From assembly GCA_013265495.1 (NCBI GenBank), contig MU061578.1, positions 1,063,308-1,127,307 of the forward strand: a stretch of 64,000 nucleotides of DNA, in the 5' to 3' direction. This DNA is from Vicugna vicugna (lineage: Eukaryota). Shown one piece after another: positions 1-12,278 of this stretch (the stretch's first letter is position 1; every line of letters begins with the position of its first letter). The notes under the pieces are model-generated. The model was not told where the DNA came from and ran no database searches. It worked only from the letters and a program-made list of their open reading frames with translations. A program made the translations under genes and the position numbers.

Positions 1-172
1 GGCTGGCGAATGGCTACAAACGGACCCCTGGAAACTTTTTTGGAGTGATGTTCGACATCCTGATGGTGGTGGTGGTTACATCACTGTGTGTCATTGTTGA
101 AACTTGCAGAACTGTATGCGGAAAAGGGCAAGTTTTACTATATATAAATTGTACCTTGAGAAACCTGACTTT
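1..172 (+). mobile_element. L1M (L1MB/L1MC/L1ME-type) 3' UTR terminal fragment
   Basis: tgatggtggtggtggttacatcactgtgtgtcattgttgaaacttgcagaactgta...aaattgtaccttgagaaacctgacttt resembles the old L1 3' terminus. Confidence 0.8.
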
Positions 173-914
173 GATACAATGTGTGGGATGAGCAGATAGA
201 GCTTAAATCCCGGGAAGAGGACTTCTCACCTCTAGAAAGTTCTGGGTGGCCCCAGAAGGCAGTGACATGAATAAGAGTCTTATTTTCAGAAGATGTCATG
301 AAGGAAAATGGAATGAGGATACAGCTTGCGTGGAGGGTGGGACAGGGATGACCCACTCTTACTATTCTTAGGACCCATAGATGGAGCAGAACACTTGACT
401 CTAAGCAGCGACTTGTTTTGCCCAGCTCAGAAAAGTGACCTCAATTCTCTGAAACACGAGTTTGCTCATTTCACAAGGAAGGCAAGGATGGACGGAAGGG
501 AAGAAGAGCTAAATAAAGTCAAAGTATGTGTTATGTTTTTCTTTGTCTTTCTAGAGAACCAGAAATTCATGCTCTGTGGTCACAGAAGTCCATCTCAGGG
601 CCGGGATTCAATTCTGCTCTAAATGCAGGTCCAATGTGGAGGGAGCTATTCACCCTCAAACGGCTGATGTGAGGCCAGCCTGAGGGCCAGAACACACACC
701 CACGCCTGCTAATACGGCCCATTAGCTGCCATGGACTTGCTCTATGGGTTTCTCAAGCTCTTCCCCCATGGGGACCATCATGAGACAATGATCAATTTCC
801 CTTTCAGCTGCCTTCTTTCATCTGTTTCTTAAATGCCACTTACCCCGAACAGGGCAAACACCGCAGGACAGGGCTGGGGGTTTTGGTGACTACCAACCTC
901 GACCTTTGACTCAG

Positions 915-960
915 GCCTGAGTGTGACCAGAGCTCAGTAAATGTCTGCTGAATAAACGAG
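915..960 (+). mobile_element. L2 3' end fragment
   Basis: gagctcagtaaatgtctgctgaataaacga resembles the L2 terminus (ctcaataaatatttgttgaatgaatga). Confidence 0.55.
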
Positions 961-3900
961 TAGTAGGAAGTTTGGTGCGTGCACGGATAAAAGAATTCAA
1001 GGACAAACCACCAAAGAGACCACCTAGTGAAAGACAGAAAATATCATTAACTGAAAACAAGACATTTCTGAGAGATCCGCACTTCAGCTTCACCAAAGAG
1101 ACACTGCAGCACCTTGCCCGAGTGGCACGTTACGTACAGAGAAAATGCGGCGTTTATTTCTATTGCGTTGAGGCTTACTCTTTGTGAGCCAGAGAGGTTA
1201 GACGCTCAGCACGGGGTCTAGATCCATGTTTGAAAAAAAAGAAAGAAAGAGAGACAAGGAAAGGAAAAAATATATTTAAAAAAAAAAAAAAGAGTCACCA
1301 GAAACCGATGTTGCTTTTATAATCCAAGGAAAGAGGGCTTCTTGTCGTTCCTCAGCAGTATTTACATTTGAAAATCCAGCTCCTAAGAGAACAATAACCA
1401 AGTGTTTCTTAAAGAGAAGAAACAGCAACAACAACAAAAAAACAAGAACAAAACAATGAAACTTTAACTATTTTCTTTCTCTAACCCCAGTGAGAGTAAT
1501 TCCCTTTCGATGAGATAAATTCCGTCTGAGAGCAGGGCAGCCTTAACCCGGCTGCATAACTCACTGGCAGCTTTAATCTTCAGAATGAGTATTATTGTAC
1601 ATTTCAGGTTTTATTGCATTTTTTAAACAAACGATATTTTAAGTTCAAAGTGAACAGATAATGAGTTGGCAGTTTGTAATCCGTTTTCCCTAAAAAGGAA
1701 ACCAAAAGGTCAAAATTCCTTTAGACCTCCTGATGTCAACTGCAGACCTGAGAGCCAAACGTAGAGAGTGTAGGACAGGAAGGCAGACAAACAGAAGTCA
1801 ACATGAAGCAGGTCTATTCAACAGACAGTCATGATATACTTTTAATGAGCTGTAAAAGTAGGGATGAACTTCCTTGCAGGGATATGCTAATTAATACAGG
1901 AAACATCTACGCGATGCAAAGGAATATATTTAGTCAATCACTTAAACGGGTTGCCGTCAAAATGTCCAACACTCCTTGGTTCGTAAATGTCAAATATACA
2001 TAGGAGTCTTTAGGCAGATATTTTGATCGTGGGCAAACTAAAGGCTTAGTCATCTAGAGACGCTGATACAAGTTTAATCTCCCTTTAAGTATTAACTATG
2101 GAACGCTTGTCTGTTTAGCTGGTGTACTTGTATATTTAATCAAAAGGTGTGAGAGCAGGCACACATTTGCAACTGGGCAATGGGCTGAACCGATGTGCCA
2201 AGTACCACTGCATCAACTGCTTCCAACTTAGAACCACGTGCCTGGAATTCACCTTAGGATTTTAGAAACTTTGCGGAAGTAAACGTGATACACTAAATAA
2301 TCTTTTCACTTCCTATTCTATGAGTTGCATGACAGGTAAGCCTCACTTGAATCTGTGTTGACCACCAATAAGGGACTGGCAAAGAACTTTTGTTCTCTGT
2401 CCCTGAAATCTTCATCTTAATCTTCATCTTGGTTATTTTCGACCACCTTCTCCTCCTAGCATTTTATATCCTTTGTCCCCAGGGTGGCCGTCTTCTTTTG
2501 AAATAGGAATATTTCTAGCAGGAGGACAGCTGCAAAGGATTCTCAGACTCTAAGAGGTGGTGACTTTTATCTCAACTAATAGCGACGCCATCTCAACTAG
2601 TGTTCCAGGTCCTGGGCAGTGGACTCCGCACCCTTCTGCTGCATGAATTCAGCGTCTTGACTCTTCTTTGTCTAGAGAAGCATGAAGGCTGTACTTCATG
2701 GATGGTGCCTGCTCTGGAATATCCCTCTCAAGCTTCTTGGGTGTTTAAGGAACCCTAGTGTTCAGGCCAAGAACGAGTGACATCCCGAATTTAAACACTT
2801 GTACTTCTGAGATATCCAGATGACGTCGGCCACAGTGGCCACTTGGCTGCATTGACTGCCACGGCGTCTGCCTAACGACCTGGTGTGCAGTCCCCCTTTG
2901 TTCATAGCACAGCATCCTTCTGGTGGCTTGGAGGAGGTTTGACCGTCCCAGCCAGAACTGGGGGAGGCTTTTAGGAAATGCTTTTGAAAGGAGGGGACAT
3001 CTGAGAACAAACTACACAGGATTTTTCTCTGAGTAACTGTACATGTATTGCAGTTGGATATCAAGATATTTTGTTTCTTAATAATCCATCCTCATCTTTG
3101 TTAATAACCAACAGATACATTCCTCCAGGATGAAAAACTTGAGGGGAAAAAAAGTCATTAAATAAAAGTCGGTTAATTGCATTTCTTAAGAAATCCAACT
3201 TTTTAATGTTTCTTCTGAGAGCAGAACAGCAGTATAGTCAAAGGATCAATTATCTTTCTTTTCTTTTCCTTTTTTTTTTTAAATTGCGGAATACAACATT
3301 TGCTTTCCTTAAAGGGCTGCAGACACATTCCCACTTCTTTCCGTAAGAATAACTTGAAAAGGATGCAAAGTTATCCAATCTCCAATTCACTGCACACAAG
3401 CTGCTTTTGATTACATTGCCTCACAAACCAGACACTTTGCTGGGAAGCATAAAACTGTTTATCACTAAACATTTGAGATTCCACTCAGATAATTTACACG
3501 TAATTAGACAGAAGCCCACACTTCCGAGTGGTAGCATTACCTCCCCTTGAACAGACTAGTCTTAAGAACATTTTTGGGTAGCATAATGAGTATTTTATGA
3601 GGATTTGTAATCAGTCTGATCGTAGGTGGGAACAAAGGTGAATTACTCCTCAACACGATCAAATCATTACATAACTCAGTGCAGAATAATGATGAGCTGA
3701 GGTTGGCAGAGGTAACCTGCCCAGGTATTTGCACGTATTAGGGAATTCTGGTCTTTTCCAGAGGCATGAAATGAATTAAGTGATCCCTTAGGAAGGAGAA
3801 AAGTGAAAAAGAAATCAGCCAAGGAGAGGTGCCTCCTACTTAGACCTCCCTACCCATTGCTCTCTATCAGGGAATGAAGTAAAAAGACAGAATGTAGACG

Positions 3901-5115
3901 AGGGAAGGGAAGCAAATGGTGTTTTCCATCCACAGAGTCTCCCTTACCTCACAGATGCCTATGCTCTTTGGGGTCTAGTCTTGTATTTTCTAGACATCTT
4001 CTGTCCTAAGACACAAATAAATCCTTGTAGGGAAAACCAAGCTGGCCGTCTCCAAACAGACTGCCCATCACTCAAATGTATAGAGTCCTCAGGGAGAAGA
4101 GGAACGTTAGGGGGCGGGGGAAAAAGTATCACCATTTCATGACACAAAGTCTGAAGCCAGAAACAGCTGGGTCTCTGGTTACTGCATCACTCTGAAGCCG
4201 CACTTTGGACTTGGCCCTGTGCCTCCAAGGGGTATTTCCAAATTGCCACCTTACACGGTCCCTTTGAATCTACAAAGCTGAGTTGCCTGGTTTCCATTTA
4301 TGGCCAAGGAATTATGTTTTGGTTCCTCTTTATATTGCCTTTTCAACCAGACAGGGTCTGTATCATGTGCTTATGCATGAAATTTAAGCAGCTTATAATC
4401 TCAGCTATATTCAGTCTGTATCCAGACACAACTGTGGGTTCCCCCCACCCCCCAGATTATTTACAAAGAGAGTCACCAAAGCCAAGCCTTATAGCCATCT
4501 CTGGAGCTGCTGTCAGATTCTCGGCTCCCAGACCGGTGGATGGTACTCTCTGGGGCCTCACCCAGCTTTAAACTAGGCAACATGGAAAGCTACAGCTTCA
4601 AAATGGTCCCTCTGAGGCTGCAGATTGCAAAATAGACTTGGATGCTGGTGGCGTACACAATCAAGATGATGTCTATTAATTTTATAACTACAATCTTGGG
4701 AGACACTGTGTCCAGAACTCCAAGTGTGTTCCCTGTGTCAGCTAAGCTCAACATTTGTATAGAGTTCATCTCAACATTTTGTCCAAATCCAGCAGGCTTT
4801 CCGGATGAGGCTTCCCTCCACAAAAGAAAGCCAAAAATTAAAAATGGAACCGGAAATAACAATTTTCATATAGTTATGGAAGCAAATGTATGTGTGTATG
4901 TCAAAACCTTGCGTAGAACGTCTGTGTTGTACTCATTTATGTTCATGCCTGCAAATAATAGCTCCCAACACAAATCTGATGAATACATGAGTGATGAAGA
5001 ATCAGAGCAGCAGATACGTCTAAGACAGGGTAATGGTTAAGTAAAGGGAGATCTGTTTGTATTTTTGAATATTATACTTTCATTTGAAATCAAGTTTTCA
5101 AGGAACATTTAATAG

Positions 5116-5381
5116 CACACACGGGAGATAACCATGGTGCCATGCTGCTTTCGAGTAGGTTAATAAGGGACTGTGTGATTTCAGTTGTTGTAACTGTTTC
5201 TTTCCCTTCCTCCCTCCTTCCCTTCCTTCCTTCCTCCCTCCCTTCTTTCCTCCCTCTCTCCCTTCCTTCCACACACGGGAGATAACCATGGTGCCATGCT
5301 GCTTTCGAGTAGGTTAATAAGGGACTGTGTGATTTCAGTTGTAACTGTTTCTTTCCCTTCCTCCCTCCTTCCCTTCCTTCC
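5116..5381. repeat. Tandem duplication, period 154 bp (copies start at 5116 and 5270)
   Basis: cacacacgggagataaccatggtgccatgctgctttcgagtaggttaataagggactgtgtgatttcagttg(ttg)taactgtttctttcccttcc occurs twice; the non-repetitive part differs only by a 3-bp indel. Confidence 0.95.
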
Positions 5382-5640
5382 TCCCTCCCTTCCTTCTGTC
5401 TTTCTTTCCTCCCTCCCTTCCTTCCTCCTTTCCTTCCTTCTTTCCTCTCTCCCTTCCTTCCTCCCTCCCTTCTTTCCTCCCTCTCTCCCTTCCTTCCATC
5501 TTTCCTTCCTCCCTCTCTCCCTTCCTTCTGTCTTCCCTTCCTCCCTCCCTCCCTTCCTTCTTCCCTTCCCTCCGTTCCTTCCTTCCTCCCTCCCTTCCCT
5601 CCCTTCCTTTCCCCCTCCCTACCTCCCTTCCTTCCCTCTG
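5347..5640. repeat. (CCTT/CCCT)n polypyrimidine low-complexity tract
   Basis: ~290 bp almost exclusively C/T; a shorter tract at 5196-5270 belongs to the duplicated copy. Confidence 0.95.
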
Positions 5641-5962
5641 TCCCAGATAAAAGCATAAGTGCACTGGTTAATGGAGGGCCAGAGTTCTGCCTGGTTAGCT
5701 TTGTCTTTCCTGCCTCATCACTCCCCCTGAACCACCCACTCAGATTCCTGAGCTTCATGAAGTAGATTAAAAACCAATGACCTCCTCCAATTCTCCAAAT
5801 CTGGACGATGAGGAAACCTAGTCCCAGAGAGAAGATGTGATCAGCTTAATGTTAGTGTCAGCAACAAGTTCAGAATAGACAGGCCCCAGACTCTCAGGCA
5901 TTCAACATATGTAGGCATCCTCCGAGCTTAGGAAGAAAATGAGTTTCTTAAGCAAACAGAGC

Positions 5963-5982
5963 TGTGTGTGTGTGTGTGTGTG
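5963..5982. repeat. (TG)10 microsatellite
   Basis: Direct reading. Confidence 0.95.
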
Positions 5983-5994
5983 TACTTTGCAGTT

Positions 5995-6190
5995 GGATTA
6001 CTTCCTTATTGTGTGTCCTTGAGCAAGACAGGTAAGCTTCTGAATTTCAGTTTCCTCGACTATAAAATGCGGACCAAAATACACCCCATTTATGAGGTTG
6101 TTGTGAAGATCAAATGAATTAATATGAGTAGAGTTTATAAGAGTACCTGAAGTATAGTAAGCACTCAAAAAGCATTAGCTAATTTTATAC
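5995..6190 (+). mobile_element. MIR SINE
   Basis: Core tgtgtgtccttgagcaag...tcagtttcctcgactataaaatg and tail gaggttgttgtgaagatcaaatga...tagtaagcactcaaaaagcattagct. Confidence 0.85.
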
Positions 6191-6789
6191 TGTTTATTTA
6201 TGCTGTTACTACTCTCTGAAAGGCCACACGAATCTCTTGGAGAGACAAAGGTGTCATGAGCAAATATCTCAATTGGTTTCCTGGATTTCACAAAGCCAGT
6301 GGGAAAATTTTCACACGTGTGCGTTTTTCCAGCGCCTTGTGTCATTTCAAATATTTCAGTGCTGAGTTTTAGTTAATAGAAAGGAGTATCCTTTTCCCAC
6401 TGTTCAGTAGCATTCCTTGGAGATTTAATAAAAAGTATTATGGACTTAAGTAAGACTGCAGAAAAACAGAAACAATCGATGACATATTGAGAGGATGGCA
6501 TAATACGTTTATGTATGGCCGATAATGAAGTTATGCAGCAGCAAAGAAAGAGAGAGAGAAAACAAATGTGACACTGGGAAAACAAACAGCTTTATGAACA
6601 TCACAATGAATTGGATGTGGTAAAAGCCTTTTGAATTGTGCCCCCAGTGATGGAGCATTCAGGAAAGACAACCAACGTCCTGTGTTTAGAAAGAATCCTC
6701 ACCTTCCATCAGAACAAAGCCTCACAACCTGAATAGCAGTTTCTTACACTTTCTCACTCGTCCACATACAGTTCCTGGAAGGCAGGCGT

Positions 6790-6900
6790 CTTTCCCCTTT
6801 TCAGTTTCCCAGTTGAGGAAAGCAAGGTAGAAAGAGATGAAGTAACTGGCTCTAGGCCACCGGGCTTCAAGGTGGCGGAGCTGGGGTTGGTTCTTCAGTC
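6790..6900 (-). mobile_element. MIR fragment
   Basis: cagttgaggaaagcaaggtagaaagagatgaagtaactggctctaggccac is a reverse MIR core. Confidence 0.6.
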
Positions 6901-7117
6901 AAGGCCAAATCTCAGTGACCCTTCAGGTACCCGAGAACACCCAGGATGGGCCCGTTCTTGTTTAGAGTGTATAAAAGTGAATTGCTTAGAGATTTTAGAC
7001 ACCACCAAGCCATTATCCAGATCATCAGTCCAACCTGAGGTCTGATCAGGGTGAAACCAGTAACCCAGAGACACAGCAAAGAGTGATGTTTCCATCAGTA
7101 CCATGGCTGGGGTCACA

Positions 7118-7525
7118 GATGAGGATGAGGGTGAGAGTGAGGATGAGGATGAGGGTGAGATGGGAAGGAAGGAAGGAAGGAAAGGAGGGAGGGAAGGAAG
7201 GAAGGAGGGCAGGAGGGAAGGAGGGAAGGAAGGAAGGAAAAAAGGAAAAAAGGAAGGAGGGAAGGAAAAAAGGAAGGAGGGAAGGAAAGAAGGAAGGAAG
7301 GAGAGAAGGAAGGAGTGAAGGAAGTAAGGAGGGAAGGAAGGAAGGGAAGGAAGGAAAGAAGGAAAAAAGTAAGGAGGGAAGGAGGGAAGGAAGGAAGGAA
7401 AAAAGGAAAAAAGGAAGGAGGGAAGGAAAGAAGAAAAAAGGAAGGAGGGAAGGAAGGAAAGAAGGAAGGAAGAAACGAGGGAAGGAAAGAAGGAAGGAAA
7501 GAAGGAGGGAAGGAAGGAAGGAGGG
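7118..7525. repeat. (GATGAG)n followed by (GGAA/GGGA)n polypurine tract
   Basis: Direct reading; ~365 bp nearly pure A/G from 7162. Confidence 0.95.
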
Positions 7526-7969
7526 AAAACAAGAACTAGACCTTCCATGAGAGGCACACAGGGCAAGAAGGTGTTCCTGAGCGGTTTCAGGGAGCACACG
7601 GGGAGCTTGCAGTCCCCGAAAATGGAAGATGCAGGATGCACAGGCTACGACCATAGGCCTCCATCACTCTCTCTGCCCAGTAGTTTCTCTATTGACAAGA
7701 AAAGCATGGCAACTCCAAGGAAGAGAAAGCAGCAAGCATGTCAGGATGGAGGAGCAGGTTCCCTGGACGGCTGGGGCACCCCAGGGGTATCCAGCAGGTG
7801 CACAGGCACAGGGGACAAGACGGGGTGAAAGGAAGACATCCCGGGAGTAGCTCTGAGATTCTCCCAAATACAAGTACTAAGTTACTTAGAACAAGGTCCT
7901 AGGAGGTGGTTAGTCGTGGGAAACACGACTGCTTTACCCCCATCCCTGGGAAAGCCCTTCTTTGAAATC

Positions 7970-8390
7970 AGTGGTTCCCAACAACTGGCACGGGAGCCAT
8001 GGGGGGTCCATCAGATGGTCTTCGTTTGTAGTCACATACTTATTTTGTCACTTATTTTTATATATAAGTATATTTTTTTTAGTGGGGGAGGTAATTAGGT
8101 TTACTTATTTATTCTTAGAGGAGGTACTGGGGATGGAACCCAGGACCTCATACATGCCAAGCAGGCACTCTACCACTTGAGCTACACCCTCCCCTTGTCA
8201 CTTATTTTTAATACTAAATTACTTGCAAAGTTATGCTGCAGTTTAGTACATCGGGTTTCTATTTACTGAGGTGACATAAATATAATCAAATAAAAGCACA
8301 TTCATTAGACATTTAGTAAATTACAAAACAAGAGATATTGAGCAAATAGCCCGCATGATAAGGGTGGAGTGGGGGTGACTGATGTGTCTC
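7970..8390. mobile_element. Degraded hAT-Charlie-like DNA transposon remnant, interrupted by a SINE
   Basis: Begins with hAT-type TIR cagtggttcccaa, has an AT-rich body, and its right end loosely resembles Charlie4-type termini. Confidence 0.45.
8061..8194 (-). mobile_element. Camelid tRNA-Ala-derived SINE (Vic-1 type), long-tail form, perfect 16-bp TSD
   Basis: Reverse strand GGGGAGGGTGTAGCTCAAGTGGTAGAG (A box)...GGTTCCATCCCC (B box)...AAACCTAATTACCTCCCCC plus A-rich tail; TSD ttgtcacttattttta at 8045-8060 and 8195-8210. Confidence 0.93.
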
Positions 8391-9539
8391 TAGCCTGCTT
8401 TGAAGGGTAATTTTTAAATGGGGAAGAAAGACACTCCCTGTAGGCGAGGCGGTGTTCACGTTGGCTCCTCTGATCAAATAACAAGGTTGCAGTGATCCCA
8501 AGTTAAGCCTGTCTCTTTGAGGCTGAGAATGTCGGGGGTGTTCTCATATACACAAAGGAAGGAAATCAACCATTAAGAAGCACAGGCAGATAAGAAAGGT
8601 GAGTATGGGGCAGAAGTTCAATGGCCTCCCATCCCCCTTTAGAGGAAAAGCACACTCAGAGAATGGGCCTGAATCTTATATTTAGCGCCCTCTCATGATC
8701 GGTCAAAAATGTGCACAACGTGACACTCATCTATTTCGGGTCTCCTTTAGAACTATGATGCAACGCAGCAGAATAAGGGGAGCTTAAATTACCACGCTGC
8801 TCAAGCAGGGCTAACAGGAACACAGGCCCTGACTTGCAGGCATCTATGTCTTCCAAGTGGCTCAGGGCAGATCCCCACCGGGACTCTCAAGCCTCTTCTA
8901 CCTGACAGGGTAGGAAGGGAGTTCCCCGTTGTGGAAGGGGTTTTAGTTAAAAAAAAAATGATGACATGGAAAGGAAGACTGTAGAGACTTGATTCAGAAA
9001 GGGAGGAAGGGGCGGGGTTGACGAGGGACGAGGAAGAGGACTAGCCAGCGGACAGTGGATGCAAATCCAAGGATCAATCAGACACTGTAAATCACTGAAG
9101 CGAACAGAAGTGACTGTTTCCAGGGCTTCCATTTTCAAAGGGAAGGTGGAAGCTAGATTTTCGTGGGCTGGCGACAAATTCAGTATTCCAAGCGCCACAC
9201 ATAGGAAACAAAGCAGAAGTGGGCTTTGGGCTGCTTCCAGAGGGGCCAGCTCTGAGCAAGCATCGAATTGAAGGCAGATCTGATTTTGCCCACATCTACC
9301 TTCCTTATCATCCCCTGATGTTTTCATTTCTATTGAATCTCTGAAAATTTCTTCCATGAGGGAGAGATTTATTTAGAATAACTAGTACAGTTTTTTTTTT
9401 TTTAACCCAAAGCCAGAGAGATGCTTCTGTTGGTCACTCACATACTGGTGTGAATTGCTTCAATCAGATTGCTTTCCTGACTCACATCCAGCTGCGAGGG
9501 TCCTTTCGTGTTGCCTGCCCCTCCCTGGAGGCAGAACTG

Positions 9540-9712
9540 AGCTGGAGCTCGGGCTCAGGGGACACACTTCCTGGGCTGGATTCCAATGACAGTTCCACCG
9601 CTCACTAGGGAGCATTCAGTTTCTCAGGTTGTAAAAGGAGGTTGACAGTACCTACCTACTACAGTGACTGGCACTCCTGGTAAGGGCTCCACACGTGTTT
9701 GTTACTTGCATT
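9540..9712 (+). mobile_element. MIR remnant with internal deletions
   Basis: ttcagtttctcaggttgtaaaaggaggttgacagtacctacc...ggtaagggctccacacgtgtttgttact. Confidence 0.6.
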
Positions 9713-9783
9713 ACTAGACAGACACGTTGAAACGGGTGGTAGTGGGGTGTTAAACAGTGAGTTGATAAAAGTACCAAGTAATG

Positions 9784-10262
9784 CAGGCAGATCCCGTTTT
9801 ACTGCATTTCGTAGATAGTGTGATTTTTACAAATGGAAGATCTGGGGCCACCCTGCGTTGAGAAAGTCTACTGGCGCCATTTTCCCCAACAGCGTTTGCT
9901 CACTTTGTGTCTCTGGGTCACGTTTTGGTAATCCTTGCAATATTCCGAATGTTTTCATTGTGATTACATTTGTTGTGGTGATTGGTGGTCTTTGATGTTA
10001 CAACTGCAGGAAAAAAGACTATGATTCGCTGAAGTCTCAGGTGATGGTTAGCCATTTTTAGCAATAAAGTAGTTTTAATTAAGGTATGTGCACTGTTTTT
10101 ATATATAATGCTATTGCACATTTAATAGACTACAGTATAGTGTAAACATAACATTTATATGTGCTGAGAAACCAAAAAATGTGCGTGACCTGCTCCATTG
10201 TGATGTCCGCTTGATTGCAGTGGTCTGGAACCAAGCCTGCAAATACCTCTGAGATGTGCCTG
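9784..10262 (+). mobile_element. Non-autonomous Tigger1 deletion derivative (Tigger1a-type MITE)
   Basis: Tigger1 5' end (caggcagatcccgttttactgc...caccctgcgttgagaaagtct) joined to its 3' end (ttgcagtggtctggaaccaagcctgcaaatacctctgagatgtgcctg). Confidence 0.9.
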
Positions 10263-10379
10263 TGTCAAGTAAAATGGGCAATGATGAGACGGGATGGCAT
10301 CCTAATAGGCTACTATTACGGGATGTACACGGGCTCATTTGGTTTCACTAGCAATTGCATGAAATCCATTCAAGCAGTA

Positions 10380-10773
10380 TAAAGATGCTCCTATCGTTGA
10401 CCCCAAAATAACACTTTTCAGAATTTAGTCCAAGGAAGCAATCCAGAATGTAAATAAAGACGTGCATAAAAGAATGTTCTCTGTGGCATTATTCATAATA
10501 ACAGTAAGACAGAGAGACCAGAAAAAAAACAAAACACATTCTTAAATGTCAGCAGTGGTGACAAATTCTGGTACCGTAGAAAGTTATGGAATTATTAAAT
10601 ATAATTGTGAAAAATGATTAATGGCATAGTAAGATGTGTGTGTTTTCATACCACGTTAAAAAGGCAGGGCAGATTCTGAAAATACAGAGTCTAATGTTTA
10701 AAAGTACACACACACACACACACACGCATGCATTACACACACTAACAGGGGAAATATTAAAATGTTAAGAGTG
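10380..10773 (+). mobile_element. Old L1ME-type 3' region, left part
   Basis: ttgaccccaaaataacacttttcagaatttagtccaaggaa...aagaatgttctctgtggcattattcataataac; contains (CA)n at ~10706-10725. Confidence 0.7.
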
Positions 10774-11212
10774 TGATTCCAACTATATGACATTCTGGAA
10801 AAGGCAAAACTATGGAGGCAGTAAAGAGATCAGTGGTTGCCAGGGGTTAGGAGGGAGGGAAGGCTCGCTGGAGCACAGCGGATTTTTAGGGCAGTGAAAA
10901 TACTCTGAACGAACTATAATGTTGGAGATATGTCATTAAACATTTGTCCAACAGAATGTACAAGAAACCCAAAGGGCCTACACCACCAGGAGTGAGCCAT
11001 AATGCAAACTATGGACTTTAGATGGTGAGCTATGCGAGTACAGGGTCATCGATCATAGCAAACACGCCTCTCTGGTCGGGGAGGTTGATAATCAGGAAGG
11101 CTATGCGTGTGGAGGGGGGCAGGGGATATATGGGGAAATCTCTGGACTTTCCTTTCAATTCTGCTGTGAACCTAAAATTGCTCTAATAAAATAAAGTCTT
11201 GATTAAAAAAAA
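10774..11212 (+). mobile_element. L1MC1/L1MC2-type 3' end nested in L1ME
   Basis: tgattccaactatatgacattctggaaaaggcaaaactatggag...ctgtgaacctaaaattgctcta...aataaagtc plus A tail; flanked by ttaagagtg at 10765-10773 and 11213-11221. Confidence 0.88.
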
Positions 11213-11332
11213 TTAAGAGTGGTTACTTTGGGGCAATGGGCAAACGGATAAGTGATTCTTTGCTTTTTGGATGTGCTTCTAAATTTTTCAAATGAACACA
11301 TTTTTTTCTAAGCAGAGAGCATAATTAAAAAA
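11213..11332 (+). mobile_element. Old L1ME-type 3' end, right part
   Basis: ttaagagtggttactttgggg...gtgattctttgctttt...aaatttttcaaatgaacac continues the host L1. Confidence 0.65.
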
Positions 11333-11789
11333 TGGGCTTAAGGGGGTATGTGTGTGTAGTGAGAGGCCCCGAGAAATATAAGAAAAATGTGAGATAAAGA
11401 ACCAAAATGCTGTATAATCTGGAATAACTTCACTTTGAGTGAGAAAAAGGCTAGACCCAAGGTTGGGGTATTAATTCCCCAAACGAATGTGGACAGGATT
11501 GAATTTACAGTCACGGCAAACTCAGGGGAAATAACTTAACCATAGTCACAAGGTAACTCCAAACCATCACGAACATAATCGACTCTGTATTAGCTGCAAA
11601 GCACAAGGCAATTCAAACTCCTCAGTAGAACGTGTTACTTCAGAGGATGTTCCGGGAAGAGATGTGAGGCACTCCTGAGAAGGGGCCATTTGGGCGCGAG
11701 GAAGACCCGCAGGTCCTCCCACACTGCGAGCAACTCCCAGGCCCTTGCTGAAGACCCGTCAGAAAGGGGAGCGCTCAGGAGAAAGACAG

Positions 11790-12278
11790 CGGCCCCTACC
11801 GTCCATTCCCCGCATAGCAGCCAGGACGCCGTGAAAATGCAAATTACCCCCGTGCCTGTGAGTCAACCACAGGCCTCCCATTGCGTTTGAAATAAGATCC
11901 AAACTCCTTATCGCGGGCCACCGCGCTCTGCTTTGCTTACCCCTTTCCAGGCGCACTGGTCTCCTCTCTGCTCCCCCAGCTCACCCCTCTTCTGCCCTGG
12001 TGGCCCCTTTGAACCTGTTCTCTCTCGGGTCCCGCTCTCCCCGGGGGCTGGCTTACACTCAGCACTCACGCCTCAGCCCAGGCACCTGCTCAAAGCATCC
12101 TTCTCTGAAAACCGTTTCCAACGTTATAAGCTCTGTTCCGGCACATCCCTGTACTCCAGTCATGTTTTGTTTTATTCTTTGTCTTCTTCACACTTATCAC
12201 TGTCTGAATTCATCTGAAATTATTATGATTAGTTTGTTTGTTGGCTGTCATAGGGAGAAGGTAAGCTCCGTGGACACG
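11790..12278 (+). mobile_element. L2 (L2a-like) 3' region; resumes at ~12814-12850 after MLT1A
   Basis: catagcagccagg...ctcccattgcgtttgaaataagatccaaactcctta...gtaagctccgtgga, then gtaccttcagtgcccagaacag. Confidence 0.75.

Noticed and set aside
4642..5040. 132-aa ATG-initiated ORF
   Set aside because: No recognisable homology or promoter context.
5090..5758. Long ORFs (up to 222 aa) rich in GRKE or PSFL
   Set aside because: Translations of the (CCTT)n tract, which lacks stop codons by composition.
6895..7654. 248-, 202-, 155- and 139-aa overlapping ORFs
   Set aside because: Translations of the (GGAA)n/(GATGAG)n repeat; open in multiple frames on both strands.
8120..8194. tRNA-Ala-like sequence (also at ~12440-12512, ~15772-15842, ~38651-38705)
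   Set aside because: These are SINE heads with A-rich tails (three with TSDs), not tRNA genes.
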